Source: a virus
Virus record (IMG/VR): IMGVR_UViG_3300037521_000345
Span: 35,004 to 99,003 of that record
DNA: 64,000 bases
Direction: 5' to 3' (one strand)
The notes beneath the pieces were generated by a model. The model ran no database searches. It was not told the origin of the DNA and was given only the letters and a program-made list of their open reading frames with translations. The position numbers and the translations under genes are program-made. Shown here piece by piece: positions 38,838 to 48,319 of this stretch (positions within the stretch are counted from its first letter, which is position 1; each line of letters opens with the position of its first letter).

Positions 38838-39064
38838 TGAAAGAATTAAATAATCAAGAATTAAGAGATGAAATAATTGAACTTTTCCTTAGTGATTCAA
38901 TAGATAATTGGACCAAAAGTCCATCAGTTTATGATCTATCTAATTGTGGTCAATTAGATATTGAAATAGAACCAGACGATGCAAAAAGTATTGATGAAAT
39001 AAAACAGTTTAAAATAATAGAAACTGTAATGGGATCAGAAACACTAGAATTTACAAGGAAATAA
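38837..39064 (+). CDS. Small hypothetical protein, paralog B
   Basis: MKELNNQEL..NW.K..IEPDDAKS. Confidence 0.6.
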   Translation: MKELNNQELRDEIIELFLSDSIDNWTKSPSVYDLSNCGQLDIEIEPDDAKSIDEIKQFKIIETVMGSETLEFTRK

Positions 39065-39066
39065 TA

Positions 39067-39246
39067 ATGAGAGATCCGAATAGAATACATGAGATGTTAA
39101 GAGTAATATCGAAGGTCTGGTATAAACATCCAGACCTTCGATTAGGTCAATTAATATTAAATGCAGTTACAATTAATCCAAATCTGTATTATATGGAAGA
39201 TGAACAGCTATTAGAATATTTAAAAAAGACTTATAAGGAGGAGTAG
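39067..39246 (+). CDS. Small conserved phage protein (59 aa; not in ORF track)
   Basis: MRDPNRI...W.KHPDLRLGQL pattern. Confidence 0.65.
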   Translation: MRDPNRIHEMLRVISKVWYKHPDLRLGQLILNAVTINPNLYYMEDEQLLEYLKKTYKEE

Positions 39247-39249
39247 AAT

Positions 39250-42200
39250 TTGAAACTAAAAAATCCAGTTTTTAAAATTCAAAGTGAAGATAATAATATC
39301 TTCACAATTCGTAAAAAGGACCAAGAGCTTATACTACCAGTGACAAAAGTTATACTCCAACCTGCAATTGATTTAGGATTTACACTAAATGAACTTACAT
39401 TAAAAGAGTCTAGATTTTCATCAGGAGAGTTATCAAAAACAGTCAAACAAAATCTCACAATCAAGTTACAAAAAGGAACTTCTAATATTGATTTAAGTTT
39501 ACACATTCCTAAATTGATAGATGATAATTATATTATAATTAATGGTCGTAGAAAAATTCCTCTATTTCAGTTATTTGATATTCCAATTGTTACGAGAGGA
39601 GAAAATATAAAACTACGAACCAATGTGGCAACATTAACAATTTTAAAAGATAGAGAACAACCATTTGTTAAAGTTAGTTTTTTAGGAAAAAAAGTTCCTC
39701 TATCAATATTAATGTTTGCGTATTATGGAATTGAAGGAATGATAAACAATAAGGAATTAGATCTTCCAAATGTTAAAATTCAAGATTTAGATGATAATAT
39801 TTTAATGGATCTATTAATAAAGGAGTGTAAACTTATCTATGATGAATTACAAAGCAACACCACACAAGATGATTTTATTTTAGAAATAGGAAGAGCATAT
39901 TCAAAATATAATTCTAAATCTAAAGGTCATGATATTATTTATGCTCTCGATCTAATTCCACAGGTTGATATATTTACAAAAACTTTTTTGACAACAGGAT
40001 CATTATTAGGCGAATTAATTTATACAATTAAGACAGGCGATGTGAGCGATATATTATTTACAAATAAAAGAGTTAGATGTTTTGAGTATATGATTTTTTC
40101 AAGGATATCAAAAATTATATTTGATTTATGCTTTTCAAATAGAACAGCTAAACAACCAAAATTCAACACAAATACAACTCAAATATTAAGTGAATGTAAC
40201 GTTTCAGATATTGTTCAATTTGATTTTTCAATAAATCCTATTGAGGAATTAACAAAATTATCAAGGATAAGTCTTCTCGGTCCAGGAGGATTTAAAAGAG
40301 AAAATATTCCAAAACATTTAAGAGATATATGCCCCACAATGTTTGGTCGTATTTGTCCCGTAGACACCCCAGACCGCGATAATTGCGGAGTTCTACAGAA
40401 CTTAATACCTAATGTCAAGTTAGACCAACATCTCCGATTTACGAATGAAATATGCGAGAAACAACCCATATCAATACCTGTATCTCTCACTCCATTTTGT
40501 GAGCATGACGATCAAACAAGATTGCAAATGGCATCATCACAAATGAGACAATCTATTATGTTAAAAGAATTTGATCAACCAATGATTAAATCAGGTTGTG
40601 AAGGATTATATACAGATTATACACAGTTCATTAAACGTGCTAAAAAGAATGGGGAAGTCACTCATCTAGATGAGAAGTATTTGATGGTTGTATATGATGA
40701 TAAAACAATTGATATCTTTGATGTTGAATATAGAAATATCTATGTTGAACATATGGATATTATGAAACTCTATGTTAACGTAGGTGATAAATTTAAAGCT
40801 GGGGATATATTAGCAGAAAGTAATTTTGTTCAAGATGGCGAAATTAATTTTGGTAGAAATCTATTAACAGGAGTGATGATTTATTATGGATGGAACTATG
40901 AAGATGGAATTATCATATCTGATAAATTAATACAAAATGATGCTTTTACATCAGTCCATTTTAAAGATTTATCATTTGTAATCCCTCCAATTAAAGTTTT
41001 GATATCTCTATCAGAAAATGAATACAGACCATTACCAAAAGCTCTTGAAAAAATTGGTCAAGGAGATACTTATGCAATTTTAAAAACTCTTTCACTTGAT
41101 GATTTTTATTCTGTTTTTACAGAAAGCTCTAAATTAGTAGCAGAAAAATCATATATAATACCCAAGATAAAAATATTTGCAAATGAATGGAATACAGATA
41201 TTCCTGAATATAAAGAGTGGGTAGAAAAGACTATTGAAACACAACAGAAAAAAGAGTCAATCTTTAGAACAATAATTAAAGAAAAGTTACCAAGAGAACA
41301 AGCAATAAAATTTATAAGAGAAAGAGATTTAGAACTTTTCTCATTCGTTGGTAAATATAAAATTAAGAAAGAAAAAATAAATGGAATATATGTAGAGATA
41401 TCTGGAATTCATTTTAGATCAATCAAGGTTGGAGATAAGATCGCAAATAGACATGGGAATAAAGGAGTTATATCTAAAATATTACCTCAAGAGATGATGC
41501 CACAATTAGAGGATGGTAGACATTTAGATGTTTGTATTAATCCATTAGGTATTATATCTAGAATGAATATTGGTCAACTATTTGAACTACATCTAACAAT
41601 GTCATTATATGATCTACAACAAAATGCATTACAAATGTTAAAGAAAGAAAAACCACAAGATCAGATCAAAAATTATTTAACTGGATATATTCAAATTGTT
41701 GATAAAACAAAAGATAGTTGGTATACAAAACAATTTGTAGAACAGCTTCCAGATATTATAGATATTCCCTTTATTAAGGCATTTTCATTAATACAACCTC
41801 CATTTGAATCTTGTCATTCAGAGGATTTAGAAAAAGCATTAAAATATACAAATACAGGATTTACATATAAACTATATGATCCAATTGTAAGAAAGAATTT
41901 TTTAAATCAAATTTCAGTTGGATATATATATTTTTTAAGAATGGTTCATATAGCAGAAGAAAAGTTGGCAGCAAGAGGAATTGGTTCGTATGCAAAACGA
42001 ACATTACAACCACTGGGTGGGAGAAAAAATAAAGGTGGTCAGAGATGTGGTGAAATGGAAACTGCTTGTATTATCGGACATGATGCTCCAAAGAATTTAT
42101 TTGAATTCTTAACAACAAAATCAGACTGTATAGATTTAAAAAATGATTACATTAGAAATTATATTAATACTGGACGAGTAGTAAAAACTGAAGATTTAGA

Positions 42201-42279
42201 TCCAATGCCAGAATCAGTTAAATTATTAAATTCATATTTAACAGTATTAGGGGTAGATTATCATGGCAGTTCAAAATGA
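39250..42279 (+). CDS. rpoB: RNA polymerase beta-like subunit, RNAP locus 2
   Basis: IINGR, GPGG, CPVDTPDRDNCG, GWNYEDG, GDKIANRHGNKG, NPLGIISRMN, GGQRCGEME; TTG start with GGAGGAG RBS. Confidence 0.95.
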   Translation: MKLKNPVFKIQSEDNNIFTIRKKDQELILPVTKVILQPAIDLGFTLNELTLKESRFSSGELSKTVKQNLTIKLQKGTSNIDLSLHIPKLIDDNYIIINGRRKIPLFQLFDIPIVTRGENIKLRTNVATLTILKDREQPFVKVSFLGKKVPLSILMFAYYGIEGMINNKELDLPNVKIQDLDDNILMDLLIKECKLIYDELQSNTTQDDFILEIGRAYSKYNSKSKGHDIIYALDLIPQVDIFTKTFLTTGSLLGELIYTIKTGDVSDILFTNKRVRCFEYMIFSRISKIIFDLCFSNRTAKQPKFNTNTTQILSECNVSDIVQFDFSINPIEELTKLSRISLLGPGGFKRENIPKHLRDICPTMFGRICPVDTPDRDNCGVLQNLIPNVKLDQHLRFTNEICEKQPISIPVSLTPFCEHDDQTRLQMASSQMRQSIMLKEFDQPMIKSGCEGLYTDYTQFIKRAKKNGEVTHLDEKYLMVVYDDKTIDIFDVEYRNIYVEHMDIMKLYVNVGDKFKAGDILAESNFVQDGEINFGRNLLTGVMIYYGWNYEDGIIISDKLIQNDAFTSVHFKDLSFVIPPIKVLISLSENEYRPLPKALEKIGQGDTYAILKTLSLDDFYSVFTESSKLVAEKSYIIPKIKIFANEWNTDIPEYKEWVEKTIETQQKKESIFRTIIKEKLPREQAIKFIRERDLELFSFVGKYKIKKEKINGIYVEISGIHFRSIKVGDKIANRHGNKGVISKILPQEMMPQLEDGRHLDVCINPLGIISRMNIGQLFELHLTMSLYDLQQNALQMLKKEKPQDQIKNYLTGYIQIVDKTKDSWYTKQFVEQLPDIIDIPFIKAFSLIQPPFESCHSEDLEKALKYTNTGFTYKLYDPIVRKNFLNQISVGYIYFLRMVHIAEEKLAARGIGSYAKRTLQPLGGRKNKGGQRCGEMETACIIGHDAPKNLFEFLTTKSDCIDLKNDYIRNYINTGRVVKTEDLDPMPESVKLLNSYLTVLGVDYHGSSK

Positions 42280-42640
42280 TCATACTTATCTTGAAGGAAC
42301 TCGTTGGGAAGAGGTTTCTATAAGTTTTGCGGATACATCTTCAGCAACATCGACAGCAACATTTCCAAGTTTTGGTTATGGAAATGATTATACAAATTTT
42401 TATAATAAGGTAGAAATAAATAGCAAATCAATTTGTGAACAGATAGATCAAGATATATTAGATAGTATATATAGACAAGCTGGAGTTGAGGAATGTCTTA
42501 AAGTTGGTACATTTAATCCTGAAAAATTATGGAGTGATTCAAAATGCTTGAAACAAAATATTGTCCAATCTGTAAGGGAGAAATTATACTTAGATATCAT
42601 ATTCCTGATAAAAACTTTAAAATCTCAAAAGGAAAAATGA
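42263..42640 (+). CDS. Hypothetical protein
   Basis: 125-aa ORF; 3' end overlaps the next gene. Confidence 0.5.
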   Translation: MAVQNDHTYLEGTRWEEVSISFADTSSATSTATFPSFGYGNDYTNFYNKVEINSKSICEQIDQDILDSIYRQAGVEECLKVGTFNPEKLWSDSKCLKQNIVQSVREKLYLDIIFLIKTLKSQKEK

Positions 42641-42798
42641 TTAGAGATGATGCTTGGAAAGGATCAGGTTTTGATGATTCAGAATTATTATTTGAATGTT
42701 CAAATGATAGAGAACATGAATTACATCGTTCTAAAAATGATGAATGGGAAAATACTATTAGAGAAGAGTTTTATAGAGGAGCATATTATGCCGACTAA
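42544..42798 (+). CDS. Small Zn-ribbon protein
   Basis: YCPICKG...FECSNDREH; GGAG RBS. Confidence 0.6.
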   Translation: MLETKYCPICKGEIILRYHIPDKNFKISKGKMIRDDAWKGSGFDDSELLFECSNDREHELHRSKNDEWENTIREEFYRGAYYAD

Positions 42799-43672
42799 AG
42801 AATGTTTACCAGATATGCAATGTGAAGCACCCAACATATCAACTCCTATTAAACAAGTTGGTGTTGAAAATGTTGAAGTCCCTTTTCTGTTAGAATCTAA
42901 ATATGGTGGTTATCATAAGTTACCAGCAAATGTTACTATGATGACTAATCTGGATGAGTCAACAAAAGGTATTTCAATGTCTAGATTATTATTAACATTA
43001 AAACCATATTTAGAACTCCCATTAAAAAGTTTATTAATTAAAGAAATTATTAAAAAAATGTTAGAGAATATTGGTGGTTCATCTGCATTTATGAGATTTG
43101 AATTTAAGTTGCCAAGAAAAAGAAAATCAATTAAAACTGATAATGAATTTCCAATTTATTATAAATGTAAATTTGAAGGACAAATTTTTAAAAAGGATTT
43201 TAATTTAACAGCAGATACAAAAGCTCCTGCTGAAATATTTAGATTCTTTCAAGGAGTCAGGATTCAATATGCTTCTTATTGTCCTTGTTCAGCAGAATTG
43301 TGTAGTGTTTTAGATGTAGCTGGATTTCCTCATAATCAAAGATCATATGCACATATTTTAACAGAGATAGATATTAAGTCTCATTATGTTTGGTTAGAAG
43401 ATATAATTGATGCAGTTGAATCAAATATTTACACTTTACCATATCCCATAATTAAAAGGGTTGATGAACAAGAAATAGCAAAAATTGCAGCTCAAAATCC
43501 AATGTTTGTAGAAGATGCTATTAGAATTATATCAAAGACAGTTGATAAATTACCAGGTATAAAGGATTGGATTATCAAATGTATTCATGAAGAATCCATT
43601 CACACTTCCGAAGCAATAGCAGTTAATTGGAAAGGTATTGCTCAAGGATTCGATGGAAGGCGGTATATATGA
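42788..43672 (+). CDS. folE2: GTP cyclohydrolase I type IB (FolE2/MptA family)
   Basis: LPDMQ, KGISMSR, CPCS, HNQRS, KRVDE, FVED, ESIH; likely start at ATG 42788 with GAGGAG RBS. Confidence 0.88.
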   Translation: MPTKECLPDMQCEAPNISTPIKQVGVENVEVPFLLESKYGGYHKLPANVTMMTNLDESTKGISMSRLLLTLKPYLELPLKSLLIKEIIKKMLENIGGSSAFMRFEFKLPRKRKSIKTDNEFPIYYKCKFEGQIFKKDFNLTADTKAPAEIFRFFQGVRIQYASYCPCSAELCSVLDVAGFPHNQRSYAHILTEIDIKSHYVWLEDIIDAVESNIYTLPYPIIKRVDEQEIAKIAAQNPMFVEDAIRIISKTVDKLPGIKDWIIKCIHEESIHTSEAIAVNWKGIAQGFDGRRYI

Positions 43673-44376
43673 TTCAGGTTTCAATTTCATATGGTTTTGG
43701 AAACGAAAATAGATATAATCTTTCAAGGGTTCCAAAGAATATTCAATTAGCATTATATAAATATGAGTTATATTCAGAGTCTAAATTAAAGGAACTACAG
43801 AAGAATAATATAAATATAAATGTTATCCATCTCCCTCTGGATACGCTCAAACGAGATGCACGTGATATGGTACAATTTATGAATTACTTATATGATATTA
43901 CAGGTATAAAAAAATTCGTAATTCATCCAAATAAATTGATTAAGTCTTTCGTTCAGTACTGGATGGATAAAGAAGGAGAATATCCAAGGTTTCAATTATG
44001 TATTGAGAATTTTCAGTGGAAAACAAGGAAAGAGTTAAGAACCCCATTAAGAATATTAGAGTATTGTGTTAAATATCCCAACCATATTAAGATGTGTTTC
44101 GATACATCTCATGCAGAAGAACTTTGGTTCGATCATAGAATATTACATACTTTACTTCCTCATATTTCGGTAATTCATTTATCAAATAGAGCTAGAAGTA
44201 AAAGTCATATGCCATTTAACTCAGGAAAGGGCGAGCTAAATCTAATGGCATTTGTTAATCGTTTAAAGTTTATAAAATGGAATGGGGATATTGTATTAGA
44301 ATATATGCCAGATTACAGAGACAAGTTAATTAAAAACTATTATTTACTAAAGGAGATAATGGATGGAAAGAAGTGA
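43669..44376 (+). CDS. TIM-barrel AP-endonuclease-2/xylose-isomerase-like protein
   Basis: IHLP, IHP, IEN, FDTSH, IHLSN, H.P, VLEY metal-ligand pattern. Confidence 0.7.
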   Translation: MIQVSISYGFGNENRYNLSRVPKNIQLALYKYELYSESKLKELQKNNININVIHLPLDTLKRDARDMVQFMNYLYDITGIKKFVIHPNKLIKSFVQYWMDKEGEYPRFQLCIENFQWKTRKELRTPLRILEYCVKYPNHIKMCFDTSHAEELWFDHRILHTLLPHISVIHLSNRARSKSHMPFNSGKGELNLMAFVNRLKFIKWNGDIVLEYMPDYRDKLIKNYYLLKEIMDGKK

Positions 44377-44731
44377 AAAGATCAAACAAATTAGTCAACT
44401 CTATGCTAAAGAAAGAAACTATCAACTCTGTGCATTTGGAGAATATGAGAACATCCAATCTTTAAATTTAGCGAGTTTCTTATTATTAATAGAAAAATAT
44501 TTAGAGAAAGCGAAAAAAAGTTATGTAGGACCATGGACAAAAGAATTACCAAACTGGTTAAATGACTGTCAAGAATCTTTTACTGAGGGTTCAGCACCAG
44601 TAGAAACTTATGAAGAACTTATTAAAGTATTTGCATTGGCAGGCGCAGCATTGGAAACATATGCTGATTTTAATCTAAGTGAATGGCGTCAAAACATAAC
44701 CGAAGATTTAAAAAAATGGGAAAAGGAGTAA
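44363..44731 (+). CDS. Possible MazG-like all-alpha NTP pyrophosphatase
   Basis: YEELIKVFALAGAALE helix pattern. Confidence 0.4.
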   Translation: MERSEKIKQISQLYAKERNYQLCAFGEYENIQSLNLASFLLLIEKYLEKAKKSYVGPWTKELPNWLNDCQESFTEGSAPVETYEELIKVFALAGAALETYADFNLSEWRQNITEDLKKWEKE

Positions 44732-44739
44732 AGTAAACA

Positions 44740-45585
44740 ATGAACGAAAATTTAAGCACATTGATCCAAGAAACACCATCTGAAGAAGCTATGAGATTTG
44801 ATCCAAATAATCTTGAACTTTCAGGAGAAGAACCTGCTACAGATGAAACTATTACAGCGGAATCTCTTCCAGTAGATCCACCTGAAGAAAATACTGTAGA
44901 AGAAGTAGCTGACACAACTGAAGTAGCACCTGGGAATGCTGAAGAAGCAACAGTAGAAACACCAACTAATGAAATTCCTATTATACCTTTTGGTGAATGG
45001 TTTGCAACATATAGCACCAACTTTGCCAGCATCCATCAAAGTAGAATTTCAATTCCAGGTGTTGATCCAAATGAATATCTGATGGTTTCCATTGATGATC
45101 CTGATGGAATAGAAAGTCAACCTGGTGTTAGAAAAAGATCATTGAGATTATTTGATGATGCTTTAACTCAACCAGTTCTCAATCTGGCACCATCAGATCT
45201 ACAAATCTATAAAAGTGGTTTCAAAACCGTATATCCTCTGAACGATGAAACATATATTAAAATGTATGGGGTTAAAACAGGACTGATCGCAATGTTCTGT
45301 CACTCATTAGATAATAGTCTTATCCCATTTTCAAAAATTGTTGCGAAGAGAAAAGATCTATTTATCAATATTCAAACAAATAATATTGAAAGTTATAGAG
45401 AACAATTATTACAACCTATTGATATGGAAGCTCTTCATCTTCTGTATAGACAAAGTATAAAAGCTGGTGTCTTTGCTACAAAAGGAGCAGCAATCCATTG
45501 GTTGTTAACTCGACAGGATGCTATTACGGATATCAATCATCATCTTCTGATTGATAAAGTGGTAATGTCTTTATTGTCTAGTTAA
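44740..45585 (+). CDS. Hypothetical protein with acidic disordered N-terminus
   Basis: 281-aa ORF with AAGGAG RBS. Confidence 0.65.
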   Translation: MNENLSTLIQETPSEEAMRFDPNNLELSGEEPATDETITAESLPVDPPEENTVEEVADTTEVAPGNAEEATVETPTNEIPIIPFGEWFATYSTNFASIHQSRISIPGVDPNEYLMVSIDDPDGIESQPGVRKRSLRLFDDALTQPVLNLAPSDLQIYKSGFKTVYPLNDETYIKMYGVKTGLIAMFCHSLDNSLIPFSKIVAKRKDLFINIQTNNIESYREQLLQPIDMEALHLLYRQSIKAGVFATKGAAIHWLLTRQDAITDINHHLLIDKVVMSLLSS

Positions 45586-45587
45586 CT

Positions 45588-45650
45588 CCTTGACTCGGGT
45601 AGAAGTTTAATTCTCCCCCCTTGATGCGGACTTCTATCCGAGTTCAAAGG
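45588..45650 (+). promoter_or_regulatory. Long intergenic hairpin with C-rich loop
   Basis: ACTCGGGTAGAAGT/ACTTCTATCCGAGT stem (one G-U pair) with loop containing CTCCCCCC; ends at the RBS of the next gene. Confidence 0.5.
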
Positions 45651-45657
45651 AAGGAAT

Positions 45658-46386
45658 ATGAAAATAAATCCAAATTTAGAATTTATTATAAAAGAAGTTT
45701 ATATCTATGATATTGAGTCGTGTCATTATACTCTTATGAAAATGAATGGATATAGATTAGATAATATAGATCCACATGATAAATTATCTAGAAATATTGC
45801 AATCGGAAAAATGATGCAAAAGAATCCAAGACTCACAGAATTTTTAAGAAGTACAACAATATCATTAATAGATGAATACATAACAGCAAATGAAATTGAG
45901 AAAGATGATATTGTTATTAGACAATATGATGGATTATTACTTACTAAATTTCTACATAAAAATAATATACAAGAAATCCCTTTAAATTTAAGAAGAACAT
46001 TTGATGTATTTATTTCATCAATAAAAAAAGATATGTATATCGCTATTGATACTATGCAACAACCTTCAATTAAAGGGATTCCATTTAGATATTCACATAT
46101 GGATCAAATTTATAAAAAAATATGTCAATTAAATTTTTTTAATAAACCTGAATTGTTTAAAGGTTTAGAAAGAATAAAAAATTTAGTTCTTAATTCTAAT
46201 GATGTAAATTTATTTGCTATTCCTACAAAAGATGGAAAATTAAGTATTTTTTTAAAGGGTTATGGTGAAATGGAAATAACATCAAGCACACTAAAATTGG
46301 TTGATACTAATGAGATTGATAAACGAAGATATTTTGATATTTATCTTTCGCCATTTACAAAAAGTATCGTTTCACAATATGCTTAG
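45658..46386 (+). CDS. Small DNA polymerase family B palm-like protein
   Basis: YDIESCHYTL (motif A-like) and IRQYDGLL (motif C-like). Confidence 0.4.
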   Translation: MKINPNLEFIIKEVYIYDIESCHYTLMKMNGYRLDNIDPHDKLSRNIAIGKMMQKNPRLTEFLRSTTISLIDEYITANEIEKDDIVIRQYDGLLLTKFLHKNNIQEIPLNLRRTFDVFISSIKKDMYIAIDTMQQPSIKGIPFRYSHMDQIYKKICQLNFFNKPELFKGLERIKNLVLNSNDVNLFAIPTKDGKLSIFLKGYGEMEITSSTLKLVDTNEIDKRRYFDIYLSPFTKSIVSQYA

Positions 46387-46394
46387 GAGGTCAT

Positions 46395-47006
46395 ATGAAA
46401 GTATTGAATGTTGCAGCTGGAAAAATGTCATATTTAAAAGGTGTCGATCAACAAGAGGGATCTAGCACCTTTGTTATAAATATAGATTCGATGTATTATA
46501 ATTATACGCCAACTGATATTATTGAATCTAGATATTATGAATGGACTAAACCTGGAAAACGTGAAAGAAAAGATGAAACTCATTATTGTAAGGAAGATGT
46601 ATTTCAATTTTTAGAAAGAACAACAATGGAATTTGATATGGTTACAATTTATAGATTTCTTGAACACGTTTCCTTTACACAAGTTCTATATTTTATATAT
46701 CTCATTTCTACAGTTGTTCGCAAAGGGGGAATGGTCGATGTAATTGTTCCAAACTATGAAAAACTTGCTAATATGATTTTAGAAGAAGATATTAATGATA
46801 TAAATTTTGAACGTAAAAATATTCTCTTGACAACTGAATTATTAAATGAACCATCTTGTCCTCACGCTTCAATATGGACTCCACAAAGAGCTAAATATTT
46901 TTGGGAATTTGAGGATAGATTTACAATTTATGAAGAACTAATTTGGGAAACATTTAAATACGATCGTCGTGATATATATCTTCGATTCCATTTAAAGAGA
47001 AAATAA
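46395..47006 (+). CDS. Class I SAM-dependent methyltransferase-like protein
   Basis: VLNVAAG, INID, FDMV..YRFLEH, GG.V.VIVP. Confidence 0.65.
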   Translation: MKVLNVAAGKMSYLKGVDQQEGSSTFVINIDSMYYNYTPTDIIESRYYEWTKPGKRERKDETHYCKEDVFQFLERTTMEFDMVTIYRFLEHVSFTQVLYFIYLISTVVRKGGMVDVIVPNYEKLANMILEEDINDINFERKNILLTTELLNEPSCPHASIWTPQRAKYFWEFEDRFTIYEELIWETFKYDRRDIYLRFHLKRK

Positions 47007-47314
47007 TGACAACTTCAAGATATACAGTAAATAAAAAAACATCTCCTATTCGGATGATGCATAGTGCCGATATGGTCATTGCTATAACAAGAGAAATAGA
47101 TGAACCAAAAAAAAGAATTGTTAAAATATTAAAAAATAGATATGGTCCGCATGGAAATGTAACTCTGCAAACAACAATTAATGTTTGCTGTCGTATGATT
47201 GCTATGTCTATTTTTGGAGGTAAATCATTAAAACTATTTCGAGTAGAACTAGAAGAATTAATAAAAGAAACAATAATGAAAAAGATAGGTGATATTCATG
47301 ACCCCTTTCAATGA
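47006..47314 (+). CDS. Small protein resembling the C-terminal fragment of DnaB helicase
   Basis: ADMVIAITR...VKILKNRYGPHG. Confidence 0.4.
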   Translation: MTTSRYTVNKKTSPIRMMHSADMVIAITREIDEPKKRIVKILKNRYGPHGNVTLQTTINVCCRMIAMSIFGGKSLKLFRVELEELIKETIMKKIGDIHDPFQ

Positions 47315-48230
47315 GAGAGCACAAGAGATGGGACTTAATATTTCAGGAGCCCATAAAGGTTTATACGCATATGAAGATAGATATTCTAAAGTTGCATATC
47401 GACAATTAGGATCTGGAGCTGAACCAGAAGGCGATCCAATTACTCCACCACATCCAACAGATGGACAAGGAACTTCTATATTAGGAATATGGACCGCACC
47501 TCCCAATACTGATGACTATACATACATTGGTTATGTTTCACAGATGTATAAATTTGTTGGCAATGAAGAAATAACTGGTAGAGTCATTGAATCATTAGAG
47601 GAAATTGGCAATCCGATATTAAATACAACCTCTCTTATTCTCGATGATTTTAGTGGTATTAGAGAAGAAGTTGTATTACAAAGTAGTTTAAATTCACCAC
47701 AAGCTGGAGATATTCATCCTGCTATGATTATTGGTAATAGTTATAATGGTCAAAGAGCAGCAACTGTTGGTTTTGGAATTACCATTGATGATGTTCAGAT
47801 AGATCGACCTACAGTATTTGGTTTCTCTTTGGGTGAGATGAAGATGGTTCATATTGAAAGTTCCAATACTAGACTATCTTCAGGGATCAATCAATACCTT
47901 GAAGTATTCAACAATGACATACTTGGTATGATTGAAACTAGTTTTTCATCTCCATTGACTCAAGATCAAATGTTCACAACTCTAGATGTCATTGAAAAGT
48001 ATGGTAAAAAAAGAAGAGATAAAATTACTGATATATTAAAGACTTTACAACCACTACCAATAGATGGTCAACCTCCTGAATTACCAAGTGCCTGGCAAGT
48101 ATTTTTATCTATTACAAGATACTGCGCACTTGAACCAAATTTAAATATGAAAAGATTATTAGAAAATATTGCAGAAAGTGTATTAGTTGTTCCAACTCGA
48201 ATGTATGAAGTGTTGGATCAATTACAATAA
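47298..48230 (+). CDS. DUF932-like protein
   Basis: VSQMYKFVGNEE and IIGNSYNGQRA patterns. Confidence 0.5.
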   Translation: MTPFNERAQEMGLNISGAHKGLYAYEDRYSKVAYRQLGSGAEPEGDPITPPHPTDGQGTSILGIWTAPPNTDDYTYIGYVSQMYKFVGNEEITGRVIESLEEIGNPILNTTSLILDDFSGIREEVVLQSSLNSPQAGDIHPAMIIGNSYNGQRAATVGFGITIDDVQIDRPTVFGFSLGEMKMVHIESSNTRLSSGINQYLEVFNNDILGMIETSFSSPLTQDQMFTTLDVIEKYGKKRRDKITDILKTLQPLPIDGQPPELPSAWQVFLSITRYCALEPNLNMKRLLENIAESVLVVPTRMYEVLDQLQ

Positions 48231-48233
48231 GAT

Positions 48234-48272
48234 CAAAAAAGAGGTACTATATATTGAGTGCCTCTTTTTTTG
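48234..48272 (+). terminator. Intrinsic terminator, possibly bidirectional
   Basis: AAAAAAGAGGTAC...GTGCCTCTTTTTTT. Confidence 0.75.
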
Positions 48273-48286
48273 TCTAAATTTTTTTG

Positions 48287-48300
48287 GAACAAAATATAAA
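48287..48300 (+). promoter_or_regulatory. Putative late promoter GAACAAAATATAAA
   Basis: Near-identical motifs at 49562-49574 (+) and 63261-63274 (-), all upstream of late-block genes. Confidence 0.5.
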
Positions 48301-48319
48301 AGAATGGGAGTTTTTGTCT

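Noticed and set aside
1-42279. Cellular (bacterial) rpoBC loci
   Set aside because: Reversed gene order, duplicated and highly divergent subunits, no ribosomal-protein neighbours, and linkage to terminase, baseplate and tail genes.
42647-42787. N-terminal extension of FolE2 as given in the ORF track
   Set aside because: It overlaps the Zn-ribbon ORF; a better start with an RBS is ATG 42788, just before the LPD motif.
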